Part shown: positions 37,732 through 51,536 of the stretch, piece after piece
Layout: the number at the start of each line of letters is the position of its first letter
How positions within the stretch are numbered: position 1 is the stretch's first letter
NCBI GenBank assembly: GCA_951406725.2
Contig: OX597822.1
Location: 91,078,001-91,142,000 of the forward strand
DNA from: Octopus vulgaris
Lineage: Eukaryota
DNA length: 64,000 nt
Reading direction: 5' to 3'
Position numbers and translations under genes: made by a program
Notes under the pieces: model-generated
The model's input: the letters and a program-made list of their open reading frames with translations, nothing else
Told to the model about the DNA's origin: nothing
The model's database searches: none

Positions 37732-40700
37732 TGTGGTATGAAGGGGAAATTAGGAAAAAGGAGAATTGAGGTTTTCTTATCTGTTGATTTGGAGGGAGCG
37801 TTCTCTCACCACCCACATGATGATTTTCTTCTGTTGGTCGTACACACACACGTCTTGACTTCATGCTGTCCGAGTGCACTCTGCCCTCTCCCTGTCCCCG
37901 CTGCGCCTGCTCTTTTAAGTACTTCTGTCCTCGGGGACTCCCAACAGGGCCTACCCACTCTCCCACTGCCACCTTTACCACAGCTTCAGCTCAATACCAT
38001 ATGCCTCACTGATCTACCAATTACTATCACATCCCTTCCATAGTCTTCCAGCCACTTAGGTGGACGACGCTCTCTTTGGGATCATCACAAAGATGCAATG
38101 CCAGCCTCTCCCTCTCTTTGTTCTTCATCACTGGAGGAGCTCATGACCTTCCTGACATCTAGGACGTGACACAGCACTCCTTCCACCAACATGTTGTTAT
38201 GTGAGTTCACTGCTGTCACCCTTCCTTTCACCCACACTTCTTCCCTGATTTGAACAATTGCTAACTGTTCTTCTTCCCCAAAGGGTTGTGGTTCTACGCT
38301 CAGGTGTCTGCATTCGTATCTAAACACAGCCTTTTGAGGGACTGTCTCCCCAGCATGTCTTGACCTTGGTGACATGTTGTACCAGAACACTGCTTCAATA
38401 GGGGAAATCTGTCCCCTCTCAGCAATGGCTTTCATTGTGCAATGGTGTTGCTCTACTATCCCATTCCCACCAAGCCTATATGCTGCTCTTAAGAAACATC
38501 TGGTATTCCATTGGTCGCGAATTTCTTTCAACTAAGCTGAGTGAAACACTGCACTGTTGTCCATCAATGGCTCATCAACTGGACCCCTCTCCAGGAATAC
38601 CACATTTAGGACCTCTACAGTTTCAGCTGCAGCACCCGTCCAAATTTCCTTCTATATTGTCATTCTTCCTGACCCCCAGTCAACCACTGAGATGTACTGC
38701 CTTCCCAGATAATTGAGTCATATCTATCGCCAACCTCTTCCAATCTTCTCCAACCTGAATCCTTTCTGCCTCATACACACTCAGTGTGGGGTCTATAGAC
38801 TGGCATCTGATGCAGCTCTGCACCACTTTCCAAACACTTTCCCTAGTAACATTAGGGTCCACTTCCCTGGCCAGGAACATGCTGTGCAACCTCCTCAGCT
38901 CTGAGCCCACCAGGTGACACGCTGCATCCACCACACTCTGTACATCCTCTACTTCCACCAACCAGGGCTTTTTCACCCTGGTTAGCACATCTGCCTTATT
39001 CTTTTCTGAAGGTGAAAACACTACCAAGCCAAACTCAGCGACCAGCTCTCTGAGGATTCCTAACCACTGCTTCACTATCATTTCCGCGTCTCCTTTTGTG
39101 TGGACTCTCCTTTGATTGCTGATCACTGATGCCACCCACCCTCTTACTGTGGCCTAATCAGTTCAAATTTCCAATACATGGAGCTCCTATCTCAGTGCCA
39201 AGTTCATGCCCTTTAGTACAGCATCCAATTCAGCTACATTGATGTGGCTGGAGTCATCCTTTTTTCTGAATCATGCTGCATCTTCCACCTCTACAACCCC
39301 CACTTCCAGGATGACTCCTATTGCGATGCTACTTGCATCACACCAAACAACTCCCTTTTTTGTTTCGAGCACATTCCAGATACCCTCACTGGATCCTCCA
39401 AACTCTCACTCTCTCCAAAACATCTTGCATCATGGCAGTTGTCTTCTCCCCAACTTTGTCACTCCACTTTACTCCTTCGGCATGCCTCTTGATGAAGATA
39501 CATGCTTCCGGAGCCATCCTGCAATTGGATAGTGTCCTACCAACTTTTCACACACTGAGAAGAGTTCTTGTCTACTCATATCTTTGCTCAGGCCTAGAAT
39601 CTCATTTTCTCAACGAAAAACAAGCCTGCCCATCTTATCTTTTTCAATCTTGAGCCTCAGCACAGCATCTCCTTCTATGGCCTCTGGTGGTTTAGCAATC
39701 AGCCCAAACTTCTTCAGATGATCTATAATTACCTCTGCTGTCACTACACTCTCATCTACAAGGATGTTATCAATGTATGAATTAGTTGCTTGCTCAACCT
39801 CAGCCACTTTCCCCAAGACCGTCTTTAAGACCTTTGCCATAACTTTTGGTGCCAAACTCAAGCCAAACCCCAACTGAGCCAAGCAGTGAGTTCTACTCTT
39901 GTACCTCACCAACTAGTACTTCCACAGTTTCTTGGACACATGGAGTTACAGATAGGCCGACTTCAGGTCGACAATTGTAGTTGCTCCTGTCATGCGCCTC
40001 CAAACCTACAAAATTTCCTCACAGACGTCTGCTGCCTCACCACTCATATGGGATGACATGTGCTCATTCCTTTCATGGAAATTGAGTATTGGACAAACCT
40101 TGTTCTTCATGGGCTGGACCACAGTCATTAAGGGCAACACACCATTTTTCTCTTCTCCTTCCATGGCCTCAAAATACTCTCCTCTATCCATCACTCCACC
40201 TCCCTCTCGAATTCATTCCTGGCTCCTCTTTTGAAGGGGTGTTCATAACAGCTCATCCCGTTTCCTTGTCTTCAATGTCACATACATTTCTACATGTGTT
40301 CCATCACTCTTGTAGCCTTCCTCCACCTCTCCATACTCAAAGCACACAGCACATCGGTTGCCGAATTCCACTCCTAGCTGGACAATCGCTCTATTCCCAC
40401 CACTAAGTCAATGCTGTCCACCACTTCATTGACAACAATCACTGGAACCTTCACTACCAACCCTTGCACTATCAATTGTATTCTGATCTCGCCTCTGCAC
40501 CTAACTTTCCTGCTCAGACTTGGGTTACCAGTATTGTAGTGCAACCAGTATCCACAAGGGCTCAAGCCTCTCTCGACCCCACCTGAAAGTTTATTATTGG
40601 TAGTGACCATGAGTGTGCCTCTAATCAGTTGATGGGGTAGCTAGCAGTAGCTACCCTCCATCCATTTCCGTTTGCACTGGTTAACAATGTGCCCAGGCTG

Positions 40701-41677
40701 GTCACACCAGTAGCACACCACTTCCGGTTTTGGTGCCATGCAGTCTCTGACTATATGAGGACCCCGACACCTGAAACATGGTCCCTTCATCATTCACCAG
40801 CTTTTCTCGCCTCATTCTTCTTACAGATAGTTTCCATTCATCTCTTTTTTGTTTTCATCTCCATCATCATACAAACTACATCGTGTGTGTTGTTCTGAGT
40901 CATGACACGAGTTCGCTCTATCAACTCACTCACCAGCAAACTTATTCAGATGTGATTGGGAAATCCAGTCACAAAGGCCAATCTCACAACACTCTCCATT
41001 GCCCCGCAGGAAATCACTGCTAAAGCCACCAATCTCCTAATCTCACTCACATAGTCATCAACCTGTTCTCCAGTCCACCTCACACTTCCAAGTTTACTAT
41101 ACACCTTAAAGGCTCCCTCTGTGTAAGTAACTTTCAGCCATTCCTCGATCTTTAAGATCTTTTGCTGATCATCTTCCAACATCTCTAGATACAAGTTCAG
41201 TGCACTACCTTCTAAATACAAAGGTAGGAGGTTGGCTATGTCCTGTATCCCCTGCAATTTTACTACCAGCTTCACCTTCTTTATCCAGGCCACCACATCG
41301 CCTTGACCAGAGAATGGTTTCAACATGTTGTTGCTGAGTTTAATTTTTGATGCCATATTTTACCATGAATAGTAATTTTTTTTTTCTTTTTGACACTACA
41401 CAATGAGCCGAAATAACTTGTCGTATGAAGGGGGAAATTAGGAAAAAGGAGAATTGCTGTCGATTTGGAGGGAGCATTCTTTCACCACCCACACGGTCTT
41501 TTTCTTCTGTTGGTCGTACACACACATGTCTTGACTTCATGCAGTCCGGCTGCATTCTGCCCTCTTCCTGTCCCCGCTGCGCATGCTCTCTTGAACACTT
41601 CCGTCCTCAGGAACTACCAACAGGGCCTACCCACTCTCCCACTTCCACCTTCACCACAGCTTCAGCTCAATTCTACA
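37732..41677 (-). mobile_element. Full-length but decayed Ty3/gypsy LTR retrotransposon
   Basis: LTRs at 37732-38001 and 41419-41677; TG...CA outer termini; 5-bp TSD GCATA (37727-31 / 41678-82). gag from 41356 with a CYWCDQPGHIVNQC knuckle, then protease LVDTG (~40550), RT YIDN (~39770), RNase H DASS (~39330) and integrase (~38100-38900), in PR-RT-RH-IN order. Many frameshifts. Confidence 0.93.
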
Positions 41678-42660
41678 GCATATCTTTTACATTAATCCAT
41701 AGCTACTAATATGCATAAAGCCTATTCAAAAGTGAGGGTTATCCAATCTCAACAACCAGTTTTATGTTCAGTAACCCTGTCACTTTTCTTTACTTGTCCT
41801 ACTGCTAATGTGGGAAGGAAGAGTCCACAGAATATAACACAAATGTGTCTTACATCACTTCAGTTCCACACAACACTACAACCATATTACCACCATACCT
41901 ACTACTACAGTAGCAAAACTATTACCATATATCACAGCCGACTATTATATATTTCAGTGATAGGGTTAATGCTAGAGTGATTTCTATACAACCTTTACCC
42001 TACGTGACTTATTTGGAGTATGAATTACTACTCACCTTACTCATCTATAGAGGGAATGTCTCTAAAACCTCTTTCACTTCTATTTGCAAATAACCGTTAT
42101 AGCTTTTAGTTTTAGTTAATACCTAACTGGACTTACAACTCCTCTTTCTGTCTCATAAGGATAAAAATGAATCTCCAAAATCCTACTCTACTATTTCCTC
42201 TATCAAGTCCTTTATAAAAAAATTTTGTTTATACTTCTTGCACTAATGAGTACAGTGATATATAATTAAATTAATTTAATTAATTTGATAGTTTCTGTTC
42301 AACCATGAATTTCCATGATTTTTGTATCACTGTTCAAAATGATACTCTGCATAAATTAAACATCTCTTAGATTTTAACATCTTCATTTTTAACAAATTAG
42401 TTGAGTTTTATGGGATCCCTTTCAATAAATTAACAACACACAATATACAAGTATTATTTTCATATTTGCAATTTTACGCCAGTAAGCTACCAGCAAAATA
42501 TGAAGAAACTATATTAGAAATCTATTTTGGAATCCTCCAAATTAAAGGACCAATATCATAGTGATGACGTCTTATCAGCTGTTGAAGACTTGTTTGACTA
42601 ACAGGATAGATTTTTCACAAAGGCAATCAAAGCACTGCAATGCTGAAAGAAGTGTGTAGA

Positions 42661-43050
42661 GGATCTTTCCTGTTTGATTTTCACTTTTCAATTCCTTCAG
42701 TTTTGTTCCAATTAATTTCAAAAATATGTATTGTTCACGTGAACTAAAGCAACAGTATGTTTATCCAACATTTCACAAAATTTTATTCATTAAAACTGAT
42801 TAAAACTCCCATTGTTGAATGTTTTGTCATTGTAATGTTGTCATCACATACAAAATGCCAGCTTCCAATTCCTGTTTTCTGATTGGGTGAAAATGATCAA
42901 ACTTTAAACCTCTGTAATATTTTTCTAAAGATTTTCTGGAACAAGTGAATAACATAAGATTCAATTTGAAAAATTACATCAATATATCAAATTTGAAAAT
43001 TTTCACTTCATTTTAAAGTTTCAAAAAGTGACACCAAGTAGAAAAGATCC
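42661..43050. mobile_element. Older related GGATC-ended MITE inserted in a mariner 3' relic
   Basis: GGATCTTT...AAAAGATCC imperfect TIRs; no clear TSD. Left flank encodes FFTKAIKALQ, a mariner C-terminus-like peptide. Confidence 0.6.
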
Positions 43051-43281
43051 CAATATTTAAAAATGAACTTCATTTGGTCACATTCTATGAGAATGTATTG
43101 GTCAGCCTATAAACTTTTCAGCTAACATCATAATAATAAAAGTTATTATTACTGAACCTGTGTTTGTTTTGATATCAAGATTGGAAAAATCCACCTTGTT
43201 TGTAAAAATTTTGGACATGGGTTTGCACTCCCTAAGCAAATTTTGTTTCCGGGCCACTGTACATACATGTGTGTGTGTATA

Positions 43282-44585
43282 CAGGGTGCGGTGAATATAT
43301 TGCTGTCTAAATTATACAAAAATGAAAATAACAATGACATCTCATTTTAACAGATATATTTACCAAAATTATATAAAAATATCTTGATATACTAAGGAGT
43401 AAATTTATTCAATAAAAATCCCAATTGGCTTCAACCACGCCCTCCAGACAACTTCAGAATCTCCTGCAACTCTTCTGGACAGTCTCCTAGTTTAAGTTAG
43501 TGAATGCTGCCATAATCCTTGTCTTCAGCTCATCCTTGGTGTTACAAGGAATTTTCTTCATCTCTCGATCAATTGCACCCCACACATAATAATCAAGGGG
43601 GTTGCAATCTGGAGAGTCAGGTGGCCAGATGTTAGGGGTGATGTGGTCGCCATGACTGGGTTTTCCAACTTGTGTAGCATGATGCAGAATCCTGTTACCA
43701 GACATAAGGTCTTCCAGCAGCCACTCTCTTGATCCAGGGTAGCACTACCTCCTCTAGGCACATGATATAGGTATCTGTATTGAGTCTGAGGGTGTGTGGG
43801 AAGATGAATGGAGGCATAACATTGCTATCACTAGCGATCACTCCAAACACCATGATGGTGACTGGATACCTGGATACTCTTTTCTCTTTACTCTTTTACT
43901 TGTTTCAGTCATTTGACTGCGGCCATGCTGGAGCACCGCCTTTTTTAGTCGAGCAAATCGACCCCAGAACTTATTCTTTGTAAGTCTAGTACTTATTCTA
44001 TCGGTCTCTTTTGCCGAACCGCTAAGTAACGGGGACGTAAACACACCAGCATCGGTTGTCAAGCGATGTTGGGGGGAGACAAACACAAACACACACACAC
44101 ATATATATATATATACATATATACGACGGGCTTCTTTCAGTTTCCGTCTACCAAATCCACTCACAAGGCTTTGGTCAGCCCGAGGCTATAGTAGAAGGCA
44201 CTTGCCCAAGGTGCCACGCAGTGGGACTGAACCCGGAACCAAGTGGTTGGTAAGCAAGCTACTTACCACACAGCCACTGCTGCGCCTATGTTCGTTTTTT
44301 TTTTTTTCACTCTCAGTACATGTCCTCAGATTGCACAGTCCTCAGACACCCAAAGACTCTGAAATGTTTGTACTGGAGCTTCCGGTATTTCATGCTGTAC
44401 TGCTTGGCAGTACAGCATTGTGTTTCGAAATTTCTAGCAGAGTGAATTCTGTTATGGTGCTGTTTTTCTCACAGACGGTGCCCTACTGACCCTACTACAT
44501 TGTGTATTGACAAAATCAAAAACAAACAACGCACACATGCGAAATTAGAAATATAAAATGGCGACAATTTACCCATTGCACCCTG
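43282..44585 (-). mobile_element. Tc1/mariner element, internally deleted, with nested SINE
   Basis: TA|CAGGGTGC...GCACCCTG|TA termini; WPPDSPDCNPLDYYVWG; SINE inserted at ~43879-44288. Confidence 0.85.
43879..44288 (-). mobile_element. SINE family A, full length, nested in Tc1/mariner
   Basis: Reverse complement of the family A sequence. Confidence 0.88.
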
Positions 44586-44813
44586 TATATACACATGTAC
44601 ATATATATACCTATACATCATAATCATTTAACGATCCCTTTCCATACTAGCATGGGATAGACAGTTTGACTGAATCTGGTAAGCTGGAGGGCTGCACCAG
44701 GTTCCAGTCTGATTAGGGATGGTTACTATGGCTGGATGCCTTTCCTAATGCCAACCACTCTGTGAATGTAATGGGTGCCTTTTACTTGCCACTTACATAA
44801 CACCAGCAACAGC

Positions 44814-44814
<1 letters not shown>

Positions 44815-44850
<36 letters not shown>

Positions 44851-44967
44851 TTCAATCAAACTAACTCATGCCAACATGGAAAATGGATGTTAAATGATGA
44901 TGAAGATGACACACATAGATATATACATATACATATTTATATATAAATATATATATATACACACACA

Positions 44968-45011
<44 letters not shown>

Positions 45012-45071
45012 TATATTATATATATATATATATATACACACACATATTTATATATATATATATATATACAC

Positions 45072-45136
<65 letters not shown>

Positions 45137-45205
45137 GTGCACACAAACATATACATTATATATACATACATATACATTATATATATACATATATATGTAT
45201 ACATA
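44815..45205. repeat. Compound (TA)n/(CA)n microsatellite
   Basis: Long TA runs; source of the YIYI pseudo-ORFs. Confidence 0.95.
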
Positions 45206-45359
45206 AACAGACAAAGATTGCCGACTGCCTGAACAAGCACCTCAAAAATAGTGAAAAGTCCTGCCTGAAGAGAAGTGCTGTAGGCGATTGAGAAAAGTCT
45301 GCATCAATCTCACAAAGAAGAGTGTATAGATAAGGAAGCCTGAATTATAGAAAATATCA

Positions 45360-45840
45360 AGTCAGTTTGGAACCCCTATCTTGCTCAGAACATTGACCTC
45401 CTGGAATCTGTCCAGAGACATGCAACCAAACGCATACCCTCCATCAGACACCTACCATATTCTGAGTGCCTTGTTTCCCTGGGCATGGATTCACTGAAGC
45501 TCCGGCGTCTGGCGACGGACTTGGTAAACACCCACAAAGTTATCAACCACCTCACCAACAACAACACTGAACACCTTTTTGATCTCCATGTGTCTAACAC
45601 ACGTGGACATGCCTACAAAGTCAGAAAACAACACAGCTCCCATGACTTTCGGAAACATTTTTTCACGCTCAGAGTTGCTGAAGCATGGAATAAACTGCCT
45701 GCGTCAGTTGTTGACTGCCATGACACTGCATCCTTTAAGGCCCTCATGCTTTCCGAAATCCGCCGAAACTACACCTGATTATATATACACTTTAGATGAG
45801 TTGTAGTGCACCTGAGCACTGTACACAATTATTATTATTT
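45360..45840 (+). mobile_element. CR1-like LINE 3' end
   Basis: WNPYLAQNIDLLESVQRHATK...TRGHAYK...RKHFFTLRVAEAWNKLP with a (TTA)n tail. Confidence 0.85.
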
Positions 45841-46238
45841 AAACCCTAAAGCTTTTTTAACTTTGGCAAAGAAACAGCCTCAGTACACCACAAGATAGGG
45901 CCCCTCTTCCAAAAAGATAACTCTCTCACAAGAAACCCAATGAGGATAAGTGAGATATGAAACGAAAAGTTCCAAAGGGTGTTCACTACACCTCTGGAAT
46001 ACAAGCAATTGAATAAACCAGCAGAATTCTTTGCCATTTTAGCTGTAACCAAAGAAGTGAAAACTGATTACATCAACACTAGCCGTAGATGAGGTGGACA
46101 CAAACTCAGCTGCTGGCCCTTCTCACATCATGCAAACAAGCCCTTGCAAAACCACTGCAGTTTCTTTTTTGGAACTTTCTTGCAAGTGGTAATCTTCCAG
46201 ACAAACGAAAAGAAGGAATAATATGCTCTATCCATAAA

Positions 46239-46574
46239 AAGACCCCCTTCGGTCATGAATGACCATGGGATTGCACCTAGAAAGTTACCCTCCTAGACAC
46301 AAGTCCGGGCAAGGTTGTTTATGGAAGACCAGTAGTCGCCCATGTATACCAGCCTCCCCTCTCCACGCCACCAGTGTTATCCAAGGGAAAGACAAAGGTC
46401 GATACAGCTTGGCACCAGTGACATCGCAACTCATTTCTACAGCTGAGTGAACTGGAGCAACGTGAAATAAAGTGACTTGCTCAAGAACACAACACGCAGC
46501 CCGGTCCGGGATTCGAGCTCACAACCTCACGATCGTAAGCTCGACGCTCTAACCACTGAGCCATGCGCCTTCAC
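46239..46574 (-). mobile_element. tRNA-headed SINE family D with 14-bp TSD
   Basis: TSD GCTCTATCCATAAA (46225-38 / 46575-88). A box TGGCTCAGTGG, B box GCTCGAATCC, CORE-like CTTGAGCAAGTCACTT. Confidence 0.88.
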
Positions 46575-46910
46575 GCTCTATCCATAAAGGAGGAAGCAGA
46601 GCAGGTGTTAAAAATTATAGCCAAAACAAATCTAGAGAACAGGAAAAATTATTCATGAGTCTCAATTCATGCATCAATGACTGTTATATTTTCCAGTAAA
46701 TGTGATTACTTTTATCTTAATATCAAATATAAATATATGTTCCATACATTGTTTAGTTATATGCATTGTTTACGTGAAATTACGAAATGTCACAAGCAAT
46801 TTACTTTCACTTTTTTTTATTTTACCAAATTGCATGTTAACCACAGTTCAGCAAAGTTCTCCAAATCTTATTATTATTGTTGTTAGAAATACAACCGAGT
46901 TAAAGCTTTA

Positions 46911-47328
46911 GGATCTTTTCGGTTTGAACGGCAGTTTTTAACATGATTTCTAGGTAACTAAAAAATTTTAAACTTCGTATACTGGTAGAATGTGTTTATA
47001 AAACATCTTTTTCTCTTGGCTTTATTGAGGAAATTCTAGAGTTTGTAAGATATTTGTTGTTTTTTTCTTCAATTTCTGCAATTTCAACCAATCAATGACC
47101 GTCTATTGAGGTGAAAACATTCTGTGCCGTATGAATATGTCCCTCGTTTAAGAAACAGATTGGGTTTATTTACATTTGTGAAGAAAAAAAGATCCCTTCC
47201 CCCACCCCCACCCCTAACTAACCCTAAAACAGATTGAAATGCAATAGATTGATACTAGGGTCATAATTATTGGTGACAATTTCATATGACACCGCCTTAA
47301 AAAACTGCCATTCAAACCGAAAAGATCC
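46911..47328. mobile_element. Second copy of the same MITE, opposite orientation
   Basis: Same TIRs; TSD AAGCTTTA (46903-10 / 47329-36). Confidence 0.9.
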
Positions 47329-47599
47329 AAGCTTTATACTTTCTTATTAAGGGTTTTTACCATATTTTAAATTTTTTTATAGGCGTGTATCTATATATAT
47401 AAAGATGAGAATGTGTGTGTGTGTGTATGTCTGTCTGTTTCTGTGTGTGTGTCTGTGTGAATCCCTAAAACTTGAGAACTACACAACCAATTTCATTCAA
47501 ATTTTACATACACATAAATACATACTTACACAAATATACATACACATTTATACACAAATATACATACACATTTATACACAAATATATATTCATGCACAT

Positions 47600-50410
47600 A
47601 AACATATATACAAAAAAGCTATTCATCTGGAAAAGAATGATTCAACCAAAAAGAAAAATTGGTTAATGTTTTACTTTATCTACCGGTCACCAAGGAAAAA
47701 AAAAAGTTTAACAGGTGTAAAAAAATGTGTAGAAAACGAATCGGAAAATTTACAAGATCTGATTTTTCCCTCATAACTTTCAGGAAAATGAATATATATT
47801 AAAGAAATTTTATAGAAACACCTTTCAAACGACATAGATTACGATTATAAAGAAATTTGTGGGGAAAATGTTTTCCAAAGGATTTTGGTAGAGGATTTGG
47901 GAAAAATTCACACAATCTGATTTTTCCCATCCTAACTTTCAGGAAAATGGGTATCTTTTAATGAAACTGTATACAAATACCTTTCAAATGGCATAGATTA
48001 TGATCATAAAGAAATTTGTGAGGAAATTTTTTTCTAGCGGGTAGGGAGAAAAGTTTAGAAAAAAACAGAGTTTCGGATCTGGAAAACCACATAAGTTCAT
48101 TTTTTTTACTCCCTGCATCTCACCCCCAGATCGATTCTGGCCAATATTTTGCACTTAAAAGCTATGGGAGGAGCCTATTTGTTGAAAAAAAAAAAAAAGT
48201 AAATATTTTCAGAGGTAAAAGTATGATTCAAGAGCGATTTGGCTGCCGTTTCTAGCACATCCCAAGACAACCTTACTCATTTCTTTCTCACTCTTGCATT
48301 TATTGATGTTTTTCAATATTTTTCTCCCCATAAACACATTTATACTATAAAAAAAAAATTGGAGAATTTATGAGTTTTTCGATCATACTTTTCACCCCTG
48401 GTTGTTTCTGTTTATAATTTAAGATATTGGAGAGCCTGAGGTCATTTCTGGCATTTTATCCACAGTGATTTTTTTAAAAATAGGTATGTAAACGAAAATT
48501 AATTTTAAATAGCATACTTTTCTGTTAGAATATGTTTTTTTCTTACATACACATGGCCTCACTTAATTAAGGTGAGGGTAAAAATTTAAATTATCATTCT
48601 TTTGTTGATGCTGATATCCCACCAATGGAGCATGCCTGAGGCCCATTGGTATCATCATTAAATGGGGAGGAGAGTAAAAAAAAAAATCATAAATTTTTCA
48701 AACTGCTTTTTCATAAAAAGATGCTCCCCATCATTTTGAAGGCTGTAGTGAAAAGCAATTGGAAAAATCCCAGTCAAAACGGAGAAATTCCAACTTATGT
48801 GGTCTTCTTGATCCAAAACCTTTTTCCCCACCCTCTTGGAAAAACTTTTCCCCTACAATTTTCTTTATAATTGTAATCTATGCCATCTGAAAAGTATTAG
48901 TATAAAGTTTTATTAAAAGATACCCATTTTCCTGAAAGTTAGGAGAGAAAAAATCGGATCATGTTAATTTTCCCAAAACCTCTCCTCACTCCTTCGGAAA
49001 AAGATTTTCCCTGCAAATTTCGGTCAATATACAGTTTAAGACCCGTTAATGAAAATGGAAAAAAAAAACCCGACCTACTAAGTGTTAAAAAATGGGTAGA
49101 AAATGAATGTAAAAAAAAATATGCGCAAACAAACGGGGTGAGTGGGAAGAGGACTTTCGGAAAATTCACAAGATTCGATTCTTCCCTAACTTTCAGGAAA
49201 ATGGATATATCATCATCATCATCATTTAATGTCCGTTTTCCATGCTAGCATGGGTTGGACGGTTTGACCAGGGTTTGGTAAGACATGGAGGCTGCACCAG
49301 GCTCCAGTTTGATTTGGCAGTGTTTCTACAGCTGGATGCCCTTCCTAACGCCAACCACTCTGTGAGTGTAGTGGGTGCTTTTTACGTGCCGCCAGCGCAG
49401 GCTGGCAAACGGCCACGATCGGTTGGTGCTTATATATATATATAGATGAAATTTTATAGAAAAACTATTCAAATGGCACAAAGTACGATTATAAAGAAAT
49501 TTCTTGGAAAATTCACACAATCCGTTTTTTTGCCCCTCATAACTTTTAGTAAAATGGGTATCTTTCTTTTAATGAATTTTTTCAGAAACTCCTCTCAAAC
49601 AACGTAGATTACGATTATAAAGAAATTTGTGGGGAAAATGTTTTTCCGAAGGTTTGGAGAGAGGACTGTCGGAAAGTTCACACGATGTTGTTTTCCCTCA
49701 TAACTTTCAGGATCTAGTTTAGTGCCCGGTCACCAAAACGAAAACAGAAGTTTAATAAATGTAAAAAAAATGTGTAGAAAACGAATGTGAAAACAAAATT
49801 TGGCACAAACGAACGGGGACGGGGTGAGGAGAGGACTGTCGGAAAATTCACAAGATCCGATTTTCCCCTCATAACTTTCAGGAAAATGGATATCTTTTAG
49901 TGAAATTTTACAGAAACACCTTTCAAACAGCATAGACTACGACTGTAAAGAAATTTGTAGGGAAAATGTTTTCCAAATGGATGGGAAGAGAGACAACCAA
50001 GTTATACCTTCCTCTCTTGAATCGTTGCCATCAAATAATTACCAACAAGGATGAAGGTATGTACATGTATGTTTGCACAAATTTTTGTTTCCATATTTGT
50101 TTTCCCCACAATTCTTTTATAATCATAATTTGTGTCATTTGAACAATATTTCTGTTAAATTTCATCGATATATATACCCATATTCTTTAAAGTGATGAGG
50201 GAAAATCGGATCTTGTGAATTTTCCGAAAGTCCTTTCCCACCCACTGTTCGTTTGCGCAAATTTTTTTCATATTCATTTTCCTAACAATTTTTTAAAACC
50301 TGGTAGGCTAGGGGTTTCTTTTCATGTTAATGGGTCTCTATATTGACCCAAATTTTTTCATAATCGTAACCTATGCCATTTGAAAGGTATTTCTAGAAAA
50401 TTTCATTAAC
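47600..50410. repeat. Cluster of ~170-200-bp modules in direct and inverted orientation
   Basis: GATTTTTCCCTCATAACTTTCAGGAAAATG recurs at ~47760, 47920, 49180, 49530, 49690 and 49860 (+) and ~48930, 50190 (-). Related pieces at ~590-620, 52260 and 52690. Confidence 0.75.
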
Positions 50411-50485
50411 CTAGTCTTTTTTTTTGATGACCGGGAGTTGAAGTAAACGTTAACTGAAAAGGTTAAAAGGTTTGGCGGCGGACCT

Positions 50486-51536
50486 GGCGCACAGTCACTC
50501 CCTCCTCCCAAACTGACCTTTCTGATTTTTTTTTTTCCTCCCACCGGATGTTTTCAATGATGGAGATTCCAAATATACAAAAAACCACGTTTTCAAAATT
50601 TTTTATCTCCCGCCCCAATTTTTGATTTTAAACTTTTTTTTTCGAAATTTTCTTTTTCAATCCACGTGGAAAAATATGGAGATTAAGAGTATGAAAAAAA
50701 AAAATCAATTTCAAATTTTTAATGAAAAACTCCAAAATTAATCCGCGCCCCATCGCGCTGACAAAAAGTGAAAATGAACAGCTGTTTTGTCAGTTTCCAC
50801 ATGCGTAGATTCTTAGTGAAACAACAAAAGGACCGCAGCATGTGAAGCCCTTACCACAAAACTCAATATGCTAAAAATAACAGCTAAATGTCTGGAGAAT
50901 TTTTGTGCGCAAGAAACAATTTCTACAGCTTATCCGAATGAAAAGAGAAAAAAGTACACAAAATATATTTTACATACCTTTCGTATACGTCGGTTTTGTT
51001 TTTTCGCATTAAAAGTAAACGATTCTGATAGAAGCAATTATTTTGCTGTCAATTCATTGGATTAATCCCAACAAAATACTACAAGTTTAGTCACTGGCTC
51101 AGCACCTATGTTTATGTTCTTCATTCCAAAACAATAAAAACTTAAACATACTTCTAAAATGGGACTTAATCCATGTGTATCCGCGTGCGTATATGTGGGT
51201 GGAGTGCGCTAGAAAAAACATTTACGGAAATGTAACTCATAAAATTTCTGTTAAAATAAGTTGTCTTTATTTGCTATGCTTGCAAGTCTCCACATATATG
51301 ATAGCAAAGTGGTAAAAATTCACCAAAAGAAATTCAAAGGTGTAACATTGCGCAAGTTCATTTCCATATCGGGGGGTGGGGGTCGAAAAAAGTTAAAAAT
51401 CGGAGCGGGGGATTAAAAATTTTGAAAACGTGGTTTTTGCAATTCGGAATCTCCGTCATCGCAAACATGGGAATCCGATGAAAAAAAAAAAAGAAAGCGG
51501 AAAGGTCAGTTGGGGGGGGGGGGGTGACTGTGCACC
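50486..51536. mobile_element. ~1.05-kb non-coding element with ~135-bp imperfect TIRs
   Basis: GGCGCACAGTCAC...CTGACCTTTC...AAAAACCACGTTTTCAAAATTTTT mirrored at ~51400-51536. Confidence 0.7.

Noticed and set aside
44861-45240. YIYI/THTH-rich ORFs (also at 28081-28493 and 62075-62382)
   Set aside because: Translations of TA/CA microsatellites.
46495-46574. tRNA gene
   Set aside because: It is the tRNA-like head of a TSD-flanked SINE, with no proper acceptor stem or terminator.
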